64,000 bases of DNA, taken from positions 27,094,001 to 27,158,000 of the forward strand of contig OX597842.1 in assembly GCA_951406725.2 (NCBI GenBank). The letters are read 5' to 3'. Positions 38,646-51,833 of the stretch are shown here, in pieces. Both the position numbers and the translations under genes were made by a program. Within the stretch, counting starts at the first letter, position 1, and each line of letters begins with the position of its first letter. A model generated the notes under the pieces. It was not told the origin of the DNA. It did not search any database and was given only the letters and a program-made list of their open reading frames with translations. This DNA comes from Octopus vulgaris (Eukaryota).

Positions 38646-40088
38646 ATTAACCCCTTCACATTTAAACTGGCCATATCCTGTCAAATAATTTTACCTGTTT
38701 TATGTTGAAACCAACCTGATCTGGCCTGTCAAACCTACCCTCCAATGTCCTTCTAAAAATAAGCTTAATTAAAAACAATATGAATTAATGAGCGTTACAT
38801 TTGAGAGAATAATCTAAATACTGAAAGGTTAACGAGCAGGGACATCAAATTTCTGCAGCTACCCGAGTAGCTTTCTAGGGGGTACCTGTTTCCCCAGACG
38901 ATTTACTATACTATCTACGACATGTCAAGCTAAGCAAAACCCCTGTCTTAAACTTATACAGGCTTGTCCTTTCAGGTGCTGCATACACGGTCCCTGACGG
39001 TGACACGTAAAAATCACCCACTTCACTCTCGGAGTGGTTGGCATTAGGAAGGGCACCCAGCTGTTGGAATCCGTAAAGCTTCATGTTAAAACCATCCAAC
39101 TTGTGCAACCACAAAGAGCAGATGTTAAGCGATGATGGTGATGATGAGTACCTGGCACAATACAGTATAAATAAACGGCCTCCCGTGCTGGGGGCACATG
39201 AAAAACTCCATTTGAGTGTGGTCGATACCAGTGCCGCCTGAGTGGCCTCCATGCCCGTGGCACATAAAACACACCATTTGAGTGTGATTGATGCCAGTAC
39301 TGCCTGACTGGCCCCTGTGCCGGTGGCACATAAAAAACACCCACTACACTTTCAGAGTGGTTGGCGTTAGGAAGGGCATCAAGCTGTGGAAACTATACCG
39401 GATCAGATTTGAGCCTGGTGGAGCCTCCTGGGTTGCCAGTCCTCAGTCAAACTGTCCAACCCATGCCAGCATGGAAAGCAGATCTTAAATGATGATGATG
39501 ATGATGGTAATATCTGTATAAAAGTATAGCTACTTGTATTTAATTTCATTTAATTCTTTTACTTCTTTCAGTCATTAGACTGTGGCCATGCTGGGGCAGC
39601 ACCTCAAAGAATTTTTAGTGGAATGATTTGACCCAAGTACTAATTTCTGTTTTTGAAATCTGGTACCTATCCTAACAGGCTCCTTTGCCAACCAGTTACC
39701 AAGAAGAGGTGGGACACACGCACAGAGTGGAACTTTGGTTTACAAATGCCTCTCATCACAAACAAATGAAATTATCCTTGAGTCTGGAGCCTTTAGACCA
39801 CTCTTCTAAAGTTAAATATCATCATTATGTAATGCCCATTTTCCATGCTGTAAAGGGTTGGACAGTTTGACAGGAGTTAGCAAGCCTTGAGAGCTGCAGC
39901 AGGCCCCATTTGTCTGTTTTCATCTGGTTTGAAAAACAAAATAAGAATTTTGAAAGACGTTTCTATAAAACTAGTTTTTAAACATCGAATGGCTATGGAA
40001 GGTCCACCAAAATAAAATAGTAATCAAAGGGGTCCATAGCTAAAATATATTTGGGAACCCCCTGGGTTAGGGTATAGTAGAAAGATAA

Positions 40089-40500
40089 AGGCGGCGAGCT
40101 GGCAGAAACGTTAGCACGCCAGGCAAAATGCTTCACAGCATTTCATCTGCTGTTACGTTCTGAGTTCAAATTCCGCCGAGGTCGACTTTGCCTTTCATCC
40201 TTTCGGGGTCGGTAAATTAAGTACCAGTGAATGACTGGATATAATCGACTTAATCCATTTGTCTGTCCTTGTTTGTCCCTTCTGTGTTTAGCCCCTTGTG
40301 GGTAGTAAAGAAATAGGTATTTCGTCTGCTGCTACGTTCTGAGTTCAAATTCCGCCGAGGTTGACTTTGCCTTTCATCCTTTCGGGGTCGATAAATTAAG
40401 TACCAGTTATGCACTGGGTTCGATATAATCGACTTAATCCGTTTGTCTGTCCTTGTTTGTCCCCTTTATGTTTAGCCCCTTGTGAGTAGTAAAGAAATAA
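40089..40500 (+). mobile_element. SINE family B with duplicated body
   Basis: Head GGCGGCGAGCTGGCAGAAACG plus two cores. Confidence 0.8.
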
Positions 40501-41255
40501 GAAAGATAGAGATGGGTGTCTTATTATAGAGGAGATACTTGGCTACCCCAGTAGGAAAAGAGAGTAGGGGAGAGAGAGAGAGATACAGTGAGTGAGATGG
40601 AGAGAGAAATAGATGGTGTTGGATATACATTGACCACACATGGTTTGGCTAAGTCTGTAATCCAGAAAGGCAATGGAATGGAGGCTTTTGGAAAGTCCAT
40701 GTTTTATTTGGGTATATATATGTGTATGTGTGTGTCTCTATGTATTTATGTTTGTCTCCCCACCCCCGCACGTGCAATTGTTTGTCAGCCAGTGTTGGTT
40801 TATTTACATCCTCTAAGTCAGCATTTCGTTACCAGATTGTAAAAAGTCAACAAGTGCTGAGGTTTTCTGTCTTTTTGTTTTACTAAAACTATTTAAAGTG
40901 ATGCCCCAGCATGGCCACAGTCAATGAAACAAGGATAGAAGATTAAAACAGAATACATTTTCATTCTCCTGTTGATTTCCATAGTAATTCTTGTGGTTTT
41001 ATCGCCAGTTGCTTGAAAATTTTGATAACAATATCCAGAACTTTAGTTTTAATTAGGCGTAAATCCATGACTAATTTAAAATAAAGATTTGCTAATTTTG
41101 TTAACATCTGTGATTATAATAAATAGCTTTCACTCTATGTGCAAATATACATGCTGGTATATACATTTAGAAGTGTAACTAGTCAGTGTGTATATATAAT
41201 ATATATGTTGTATTTATATATATATATGTATGTATTTATGTTTCTCTCTGTGTAT

Positions 41256-41314
41256 ATTCCACTGATGAGGCAAAGCATTTCTAAATGCAAAGCCAGAAAT
41301 CCGGGATCTGGAAT
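41256..41314 (+). ncRNA. Type I hammerhead ribozyme motif with minimal stem III
   Basis: ATTCCA-CTGATGA-GGC(aaa GCATT tcta AATGC aaa)GCC-A-GAAA-TCCGGGA-TC-TGGAAT; 6-bp stem I, cleavage triplet ATC. Confidence 0.6.
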
Positions 41315-41750
41315 TATCCAGTAATTTTTTACTAGTTTTATTTTGTCTTTTTTGGCTTCTCTCCCTGTGCTATATGAACACTTAAGGTGGTTTTAGAGTC
41401 AGATTTTTTGGCTGCTATTTTCAGCATGGTGGTATCTCGTAGTTACCCTAAGTTATAATTTTAATAATAATTATTACCTTTGAAAGTTTTTCCCATGCTG
41501 GCCACTTGATAAGATCGTTATTTAACATAAATTATCGATCATATCCTTATTTATATAAATTTATATTTATATATATATATGTGTGTGTGTATGTATGTAT
41601 ATACACACATACATATGTATGTATATATACACACAAATTATGGGCCTTTAGTTCACAGGTGATCTAAACAATTAGGTACGCTAGGTGAGTACTGTAAAGG
41701 ATTACTGGGACTCCAAAGTTATAGCCAGGACGGTAGTTATGTAGCCATAC

Positions 41751-41791
<41 letters not shown>

Positions 41792-42594
41792 ATTGTGTGG
41801 ATATAAGTGCTTGCATTTAACTATTTTATTTTGTGTGTGTGTGTGAGTATATATGTAAGTGCATGCATTTAACTATTCTGTTGTATGTGTGTGTGTATAC
41901 ACACACACACACATATGTAATGTTTTGTTTGGAATATAAAGTACTTTTATAAAATTCATAAATATTTGTGTGTGTATATATGTATGCGTGTATATATACG
42001 AATATATATGTACACACACGTGTGAAAGTACATTTGTAAAACTCCTAAGTGTATATGTTATATATATGTGTGTATGTATATATATATATATATATATATA
42101 CATACATACATACATATATCAGAAACCTATTTTTCATTTGTTTTGGCCAAGAAACAATTGATTGGTATGTTTCAAAAATGCAGCCAGTATAATGTAGCTA
42201 CATACATACATACATACATATATACATCTGTCTGTCTATACATATATATGTATGTGTGTACGTATATTTTTTTCTATTTATTAATCTTTCTCTCATCATT
42301 ATAACTGATGTTGTTAGCTTCTGCAGTGGAATCAATGTTTGGCAACACACATAGAACCATCATTACCAAAGCCCTGTGTGATGGGAGGCTAGCTTTGGCA
42401 CATCGGCCTCCCTCCCTTCCAGGCACGCCCTCCCCTCCGTAGAGGTGTGGGATAAAAACAACAGTGGAAGATAGACCAGTCAGAACTGTGTCTTCTTTAT
42501 CTTTCACTTGATTCAGCCATTGGACTGTGGCCATGCTGGTGCACCACCTTAAAGAATTTTAGTCTATGGGTACTTTACTTGTACTTGCGATGGC

Positions 42595-42780
42595 GTTCAC
42601 CCAGGGTGGGTTGAGCCGGCTTCTTCTCTGGCCCTGACGGCATCACGAACCATGGCAACCCACGCCCGACGGTCCTGTGCGAAGTCACTGGAGATAGCGA
42701 GCCATTCGCGGTTCCATCTGGAATTCATAGAAGTTTCGTGGGAATTCAATATTCCCACGAAACTTCTTCTATGCCTATGG
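42595..42780 (-). mobile_element. RTE LINE 3' fragment
   Basis: WNREWLAISSDFAQDRRAWVAMVRDAV resembles the RTE C-terminal AQDRxxW motif. Confidence 0.65.
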
Positions 42781-42871
42781 GTCTCATTTGCTGGGGATGT
42801 AAACAAACCAATGCGGTTGTCAGGTATTGGATGGTTGGGAGAAACATAGACACCAAAACACACAAGCATAT

Positions 42872-43279
42872 ATACTCTTTTACTTGTTTCAGTCAGTTGA
42901 CTGCGGCCATGCTGGAACACCGCCTTTAGTTGAGCAACTCGATCCTGGGACTTATTCTTTGTAAGCCCAGTACTTATTCTATCGGTCTCTTTTGCCGAAC
43001 TGCTAAGTGACGGGGACGTAAACACACCAGCATCGGTTGTCAAGCAATGCTAGGGGGACAGACACACAAACATACGCACACACACACACACACACACATA
43101 TATGTATATACATATATACGACAGGCTTCTTTCAGTTTCCGTCTACCAAATCCACTCACAAGGCATTGGTCGGCCCAAGGCTACAGTAGAAGACACTTGC
43201 CCAAGGTGCCATGCAGTGGGGCTGAACCCGGAACCATGTGGTTGGTTAGCAAGCTACTTACCACACAGCCACTCCTGCG

Positions 43280-43282
<3 letters not shown>
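42872..43282 (-). mobile_element. SINE family A, full length
   Basis: Same family A sequence. Confidence 0.85.
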
Positions 43283-43324
<42 letters not shown>

Positions 43325-43617
43325 GTGTGTATGTATGTATGTATATAGATTTAAGGAAGTGAAAAACAAAACCAAGGCAGGATAAGCTTATCAGATCTTG
43401 TAAATTATTTCAATGGTGAATTTAAACGATCTGATAAGCTTGTCTTGCCTTGGTTTTGTTTTCCACTTCCTTTAATTTATCCCTGCTGACTCAGAAGTAG
43501 GTTACAGATCCCCAGCTTCAGCCCCCTGCTGTGAACTTGGATCCTAGTAGCTTATCATTTGCAGCACTAATACAGCGTACCTATTAGTTTAGATTACCAG
43601 TAGCCTAAACCCTCCGT

Positions 43618-43658
<41 letters not shown>

Positions 43659-43860
43659 GGTAGTTTTCTTTTGTGTTTAAATGTACACTATTTTAAAATA
43701 TGAATATGTTGTCTATTGACCATTTATACATGCTAGGCCACTGGTGGTGATATTTATAACGAATATTCGCTACCCTATATATGTATCTTGTGACCTCGTG
43801 TGTACTGTTGGTGATTTTTTTTCCTCTGTCTTCCCTTCTCTGGATCTTTCCTTCGCCTAT

Positions 43861-43895
43861 GCTTCTGATGAAGAGCTCCGCTCGAAACGTTAAAC
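43861..43895 (+). ncRNA. Minimal Penelope-type hammerhead motif (weak stem I)
   Basis: CTGATGA-A-GAGC(TCC)GCTC-GAAACGTTA, with palindromic AACGTT stem III. Lies in a (TA)n-flanked repeat remnant at 43655-43985. Confidence 0.45.
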
Positions 43896-44073
43896 CCTCT
43901 TTCTTTCCTGAGCGTCCAATAATACTATATTTGTTCCACGTCCTCGCGTTGTTGTGTTTTTTTGTGTTTTCTTGTTTGGATTAACTATATATATATAGTA
44001 CCTATCTAGCAGTATATTGGATATATGTTATCCCATGGTGGGTTGAATTTTTCAACCCCTATCTCATTTTATA

Positions 44074-44132
<59 letters not shown>

Positions 44133-44779
44133 ATAATATATATGTGAAGGCAGAAATATATACGTCACTAAAGTGAACAAAGGGCATTAATCTGCCAGCA
44201 TTGCTAGAAATAAGAGTCAAAACAACTCAATAGTTACAGAAGCACTGTCTTAATGACTGACAAAGGAGACTAGCTTCTTACGGTCCTAGATTTATGTATA
44301 CACACACATATACATATATACTTTTATACAAACATACATGTGTGTGTGTGGGTAAAACTATTTAATGTCCGTCTTTCCATGGTGGTATGGGTTGGACAGC
44401 CAAAACACCCTCACCCTAACCCTAAATTTTAGCCTTTCGTTTTTTTTTTCTTAATTGTTAAATTAATTTAAGGATAACAATTAAGAAAAAAAAAATTTAG
44501 GGTGAGGGTTAGGGTTAGTGACAGAATGTTGTCTCAGTTTTAGACGCAGCAAATGATTTTAGCTCAATTAGAGGCAATTGATTGGTTAAAATTCGAAAAA
44601 TTAAACTACTTTAAACAAACAAATTACAATTTTCTCAAGAAAGCCAAGAGAAAAAAATGTTTTATTTAGACACATTCTACCATTATACGAAGTTTTAAAG
44701 TGTTTAGTTAACTAGAAATTGTGTTGACATGTGCCGTTCAAAAGGAAAAGATCCCATTTGTATTGTATCGATGCCAATA

Positions 44780-45738
44780 ATAATGTATTCAGCCGGTCTT
44801 CTTTTCAGAGTCACATCTGTCTCGGCTCACACCGTTTCGCCAAGTCAGCTTGCGCCAATCGGCGACCGGCCGTAATGTCAGGTGACCTGCATGATGTCAC
44901 CGGTCTTTAATAGTTTTGTGTATGTATGTATATATGTGGCGGATGTATATATGTGTGTGCGTATATGCTTGAAAGCGTGACAGAAAAGTATTGAATACGT
45001 AAAATGCAGTGTATATATATCTTAAAATCAATGACATCACAGTTCTTAGTCTGAAATTTTGTTTACAAATTAACCACTTTTAACCCCCAACCATAATTAC
45101 ACTCGAATATAAACTGTCGTCTGCTCGGTCACTCACACTCGTGCGGTCACTCACACTCGCACACACTTTCTTTCTCTCGCTATCTATTTCTCCTCCTTCC
45201 TCCCTCTCTCTCTCCTCTCTATTCTTACTCTCTCTAAACGTACCTTCTCTTATAGTCTTTCCCTCCTACATATACTTTAAGTCCCTCACTCTTTATTTTT
45301 ACTCTGTTACTTTTCCTCTCTCCACCCTCCTTACGTCTCCCTCTTTCTATCGACTTTCTTTCTGTTCTCTTCATCATCAACAACTCTCCTCCCCTTCTCT
45401 CCCATACGCATTTCAAACCCATGCTTTGTGATCCCTTCTTTCTCTCCCTCCCTATTACCCTCACCCCTTCCTCCTACCTCCACGCATCCTCTCACTTCAT
45501 TCAACTTTTACAAACTTGCTTTCCTCCTCCTCCCCTTCTTCTTCTTCTTCTTCTCACGCACCTGTCTCATTCGCATTTCCTCCCACCACCTCTTTGCTGC
45601 TTTATCCTATTCCTCTCTCCACCCTCGCTCCTACTGCCTCGCCTTTCCTTCCTCCGTCCCTCCCTATTTCTTGTCCCCCTCCCGACGTTTATATTTGCGT
45701 GTTTATATATATACACACACATATATATATACACACAT

Positions 45739-45785
<47 letters not shown>

Positions 45786-45853
45786 TATATACGCAAACAT
45801 GCCGAGAAACAATAGGACGACAGTGCGTGTGTATTTAGATACATAAATATTAC

Positions 45854-45888
<35 letters not shown>

Positions 45889-46600
45889 GTATGTATAAAA
45901 CTAAAGCCAGTGTATTCCTGCTGAATCCGTTCTACCGTGGTTGGTACCCGTGCGTATCTTTCAACACAGCTACTGCTGTTCCTGTATACACACAAGTCTA
46001 CAACATCACACAAACATACATACATACATATATACACACGCTCACGAGCGCACGCTGTCTTTCTTCGTCTCTATTCGAACCCGTGCGTACAATATAATCA
46101 TTTGGCTACGTTCCCCCGACTGTCGATCGCAAGAAGCAGAAAAAAAAAAAAGAGACGCGAAAACGAAACGATCCCCCCCCACCAAAAGCATCCATCCATC
46201 CATCCATCCATCTTCAAGATACCCGTAATTATTTTAAAACAGGACAAGCAAAGCGCACAAAAAAGTTCCGTTTTCATTCATTCATTCATTCATTCATTCA
46301 TTCATTGTTGTTCCTCTTTCTTCTTGTCTGCAAAACAGCGGTCGCGTGTTCAATTCGGACGAGCTCCACAATCAAAGGAAGAACTGAAAAAAAAAAAATA
46401 TATATGAAAGCCGAGTTGCTGCGTTGTGACTATCATCCTTCGTCTTGGATAATTTCTTTACCTGGATTGTTGTTGTTTTGAGGAGAAAAAAAAATTGCAA
46501 ACAAAACGAAAAGGATCTTGTTTAACCTTTCACCTTTGACCTCCATTCTTTTTCTTTAATTCTTATCTGTGGACAGGGTATTATTAGGTCAGTTGAAGAG
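44780..46600 (+). promoter_or_regulatory. Putative internal promoter / non-coding first exon region
   Basis: CpG dinucleotides retained and SINEs absent. CCAAT 44855-44859, GTCAGGTGAC 44877-44886, TGATGTCA 44892-44899, duplicated CGGTCACTCACACTCG near 45126-45160, candidate donor AG|GTCAGT at 46587/46588. Confidence 0.4.
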
Positions 46601-46619
46601 GCTAGTGGTCTGAGCAAAT

Positions 46620-46666
46620 ATCTGTCTGTCTATCTATCTATCTATCTATCTACCTACCTACCCATC

Positions 46667-46711
<45 letters not shown>

Positions 46712-46718
46712 ATATATA

Positions 46719-46753
<35 letters not shown>

Positions 46754-46815
46754 TATTCTACCTCTATCTATATACCTATCTATCTACCTATCTACCTATC
46801 TATCTACCTATCTAC

Positions 46816-46879
<64 letters not shown>

Positions 46880-46880
46880 T
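46620..46880. repeat. (TATC)n microsatellite
   Basis: Direct reading. Confidence 0.95.
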
Positions 46881-47627
46881 TGTATATCTACACACATACA
46901 CACACGCGCGCACACTTGGCTGCCGTTCCTTCCTCGCCCCTCATCACCGACTCGCTTTTTCACGCCACCACCTCCACTTCTGTAACACACACACACTCGA
47001 ATACAAGTTAATGCAAAACATCATTTAGTTACAAATTACATTTATTTCTATCACCTGCACCACCACAATAAGGCAACCACCACCGCCACTACCACCACCA
47101 CACAGTTGCTAATACACACACACACACACACAATCAACCGCAAACACTTCTATTATAACTACCCCATACACACACACACACATATATATATATACGCACA
47201 CATACACACTACTACTACTACTACTCTTATTACCACTCTACACCAACTACTGCAGCTACCACCACTGGGAGCAGTACTCTTACTACTACTAACACTGCTG
47301 CCACCCTCTTGTAGAAGCACCCGGCATTTCGATCAACACAACACAAACACTCACACACACATAACATGATACGCTAATGTTTATTGCATTACGTACACAG
47401 CCCCCACACACACACACATTCTCTCAACAGTACACACAGTTTACGTGCTCGTGCTGACATACATCCACCGACGACCACCACCACCCGGTTATTGACAGCA
47501 GTGAACGATCGTTCATTCCCTTCTTACTAGTTTGTTTGTGTGTGTGAGTATATATATATATATATATATATATAGTCATTCGATCATCTGTATTCTTCTC
47601 TGAATCCCCCCCCCCCGTTTTTGTGTT

Positions 47628-47661
<34 letters not shown>

Positions 47662-50530
47662 CACACACTAACATATATATATATATACACATACATACAC
47701 ACGCACCAAAAGCACGTGGTGTTTGGAAACCCTTTAATATCATATCTGCTGCCCTCTGCCCCTCTCTTACACACACACACGCACACGCTTTATTCAATGA
47801 CCCCTTCGTAAACCCTTCTTCCCCTTACTTTTTCTTTCCTCCTTGTTACACATCCCTGTATATGAGTGCAGAACCTTCACTCATTGTTTCCGTTGGCCCT
47901 AAAGCACTCACACCATTCACATCCCTAGTCAGTCAATTCAGCCTGGACAAGCACCCCTATAACCAAAAAAAGTACCCCAGACATGCTTATCTATCGGGTG
48001 CCAACTTAACTTACGTTGACTCTTATTTAAAACGCTAGTGTTTGTGATTTTCAGGACGTTTTGGTTGCTATTTCTAGTACGTCAAATCACCCTATTGAGT
48101 CTCTCTCTCGTTTTCGATTCGCTGCTACTTGTCTTATTAAAAGGCACTCTACCCGGGGTACCTTACAGTAGGTACCCGTTGATTACTATGAGATCTTCTC
48201 GCTGACATTTCCTGGATTTGTACAAAGCTTAGGTATTGTTTGGGGTGTTTAATTTTTCTTTTTTTGTACGTGTTTGTGTACCTATGTTTAAAGAAACCAT
48301 CGGCTCTTTACGTTTCAAGTTCAGATTCCGGCGAGGTCCACTTATTTTTCGATCCTTCCGGGGGTCTCTATAATTAACCATAATTAACCTCTCTCATCGC
48401 CACCTTTTTTGGTCTCGGGTTGGCGGAGGTAAAGATTACGCACACCACCCGTTTTCGACGTAACGGTAAAAGCTAACCTTAAACCCCAGGTGTGCATATT
48501 CTTTACCTTCGCACTCGGGTTTACGTTAAAAGTTATTATTTCCTTTTAGATCGTTTTTTTTTTTTTTTGAGGTTTTCCCACATATAATATAAAGTACCAG
48601 TTGTATACTAGGGGTCTTTGTTCTTTACTCTAGCATCTGTAGTAGAGTCAGTCTCTAAGGATACTTTTTTTGTAAAATTCCTAATGCACTTGTATTAAGT
48701 TCTGAGTTGAAAGAAAACGCGATTGCTATACCGTTCGTCCGTCCGTCCATCCATCCGTGCCAAACCATAAGCATCAAGCTGGAGATTGATAACATCTAGC
48801 ATCTAGTACTAAAGTTTATACGAAAGTGGGGCAAAGCAGTTTTATATTTTTTTAATCACCTACACACCACACACAAACACATCCTTTCTCTCTGTCTCCG
48901 TAATTCTCTCCTTGCAATTTATCAATCAGCTATTGACTGATAAATCGATAAATTCGCTGTTTGTTTATCCTTCTGCTGAGAGGTTGATAAAAGTTTAATA
49001 TATTTTCTTATTAAACTTCAGCTACGCTAAATAAGGATCGGATTGTTCCTGCCCGTCCTTTAAACAAAAGTACTCTGTCCGAGCCTTTTTTTTTCCTTCT
49101 CTCCCCATATCCTCATAACTCGTTTCAATTTATTGATCATGTATCAATCAGTGATTGACTGATAAATCGATAAATGCCAAGTTTGTTTATTTTTCTGCTG
49201 AGAGTTTGATAAAAGTTTCAAAACAATTTAAAAAAAAACTTCGACTGGGCTAAACTAAGATTAAGATCGTCACTGCCAATCCTTTAGGAAAACAACTTTG
49301 AGCTTCTTTTTTTCCCCTCTCCGGCCTTGTTTAAATACTTTTAATTCGGCTTGGCTAGGATTTGATCGTCGGTACCCGTCCCGTCACAGACCATACTTAA
49401 TTAAATACAGCCTTGTGGCGCCAGTTGGGGAATTAAATCACCCGCCACCACCGTCGTAATAGCCGTTTCGCTGAAATTGTAAATTCATGCAGTTTATTAG
49501 CATAAAGTATGAACGCCACAACCCCTCTGCTTCTCGCTCCTCTCATCCGACCCGCCCGACCCCTTTGGGTTTTGCACACTTGAGCCCTCCTCCACTCCTT
49601 TCTCATCGCCCTCATTATTCATCATCTCAACCTTAATTTGTTTAATTAGCACCAGCATTAATTACCGTCGCTCTCTCTCTCTCTCCCAAACACGTGCGTG
49701 CGCGCACCTTTCACATTTCAATGTTGTTGATTGCTTTTTGTTTATATCTGCAATCATACTAACACCTGTCTCAGTGACTTCCACCACCACCTGTGCAATC
49801 ACCTTCACAGTCACTAACTAAGCTATACGGTATCACCACCGTAACTGGCTCCACTACAATCAACCCGACCACTTCTACTACTACTAATACGACTACTACT
49901 ACTATGACAAACACTAACGTTTTTATTTGCCACCACCATTACCCTAACGAACCAACCACCACAACTACCACCACCACCACCACTACATCAACAACAACAG
50001 CAATAAGGTTAGCTATTAAGTACCACCGGATACCTCTACTGCTGCCACTACAACCAACCACCTCTACTATCGCCTCAACAAGCACTTAAACTTCTACCAC
50101 CACCATCAACTACTACTACTACTACTACTACTACTAATACCAATACCACTACTACTACTACTACTACTACCACCACAACGTCACCGCTGCAGTTAAAATA
50201 ACTTTTTTTAAAACTCTCACCACCTCTGCAATTACCTCTGCTACTATTTCCATTATGAAAACACAATAGGACCACTGTTACCCCCTCCCCCGCAGCAACA
50301 TAAACACTACCACCGAAACTACTGCCCATACTATGTTTTTTTTTTCCTTTTTGTTTTTTTTTTTTTTGTTTTCCTTTCTTAGTTTGATTTTCTGGTCACT
50401 GACATTTTAAAGAGAGACAGATCTTTGCTGTTATTATTATTATTGTTGTTGTTGTTGTGGTTGTTGTTGAGGTGGAGTAAATATTACTCCCTGTCTACTC
50501 CAGTCCCTCTCGGCTACCCCCGTTTCACAC

Positions 50531-50597
<67 letters not shown>

Positions 50598-50809
50598 GTA
50601 CTTGTTTCAGTCATTTGACTGCGGCCATGCTGGAGCACCGCCTTTTAGAGTGGTGAAAGAGTACAGCAGGGATCACCACCTCCTGCCGGAGCCTCGTGGA
50701 GCTTTTAGGTGTTTTTTCGCTCAATAAACACACACAACGCCCGGTCTGGGAATCGAAACCGCGATCCTGCGACCGCGAGTCCGCTGCCCTAACCACTAGG
50801 CCATTGCGC

Positions 50810-50864
<55 letters not shown>

Positions 50865-51833
50865 GTGTGTGTATATATATAATAAAACACACACACACAC
50901 TATACATACATAGACACATACACACACACAAATGACATGCATTTACGCTTATGTTTATATACACACATAAAAACACACACACACGCACGCACGCACGCAC
51001 TCACCCATAGACTCAAACCCACACGCACTCACATCACTGTCATCCTAACAACAGAGAACCAGTCACACCCCACCCCCTCGATATCACCTTCAATGGTTTG
51101 TCTGACTGGTTTTTCTTTTCCTTTTTGTTTTTGTGTTTTTTTCCTCCTCACCCTCCTCCTCCACCTCCTCCTCCTCCCGCTCACATTTCTCTATGGTTTT
51201 CTCACAGCCCCTCTAAACACCACCACCACCACCATATTTATTTATTTGTCTTTCTGTTTCCCCTCTGTTGCTTTTCCTTCCTAGCTTGTTCTTGTTCTCT
51301 CTCTCTCTCTCTCTCGTCTTACCTAGTCTTTTCACAACTGGAACATAAACCACACCACACCACACTGCACCAGTTTACACTTCAGCTACACTCTACACCT
51401 CTGACCACCACAGTTATTAAACACTCCACGAGCGAAAACACCACAGCAGCGCTCTCTCTCTCTCTGTCCACAACACCTCACCACCAAGTTACGATAGAGA
51501 ACCACACACAACACTGTGATACAAAACGCCACAGCCCTCTACTCTACTCTACACCGCATCACAAATTTCTGAAGAAACTATTCGCTTCACCCAGCCTGCC
51601 AATGGGGTAAATTGCAATCAAAAATTTGACTTTTGTAATATTTTCTCACAGTTCAGATTACTCTGGGGTCGGCATTTTAACCCTTGATTTACCAGTGTGC
51701 CTACAGGGATCCGTTCGAATAAGTATCAGTTATGTTCTAGGATTTCTGTGTATCTTCAAGCCACCCAATTCTTTTTGAAAGTATCTGTGGCCCTAAAATC
51801 ATACCAGGTGCGAAGGTTGGAAAACAGACAGCC

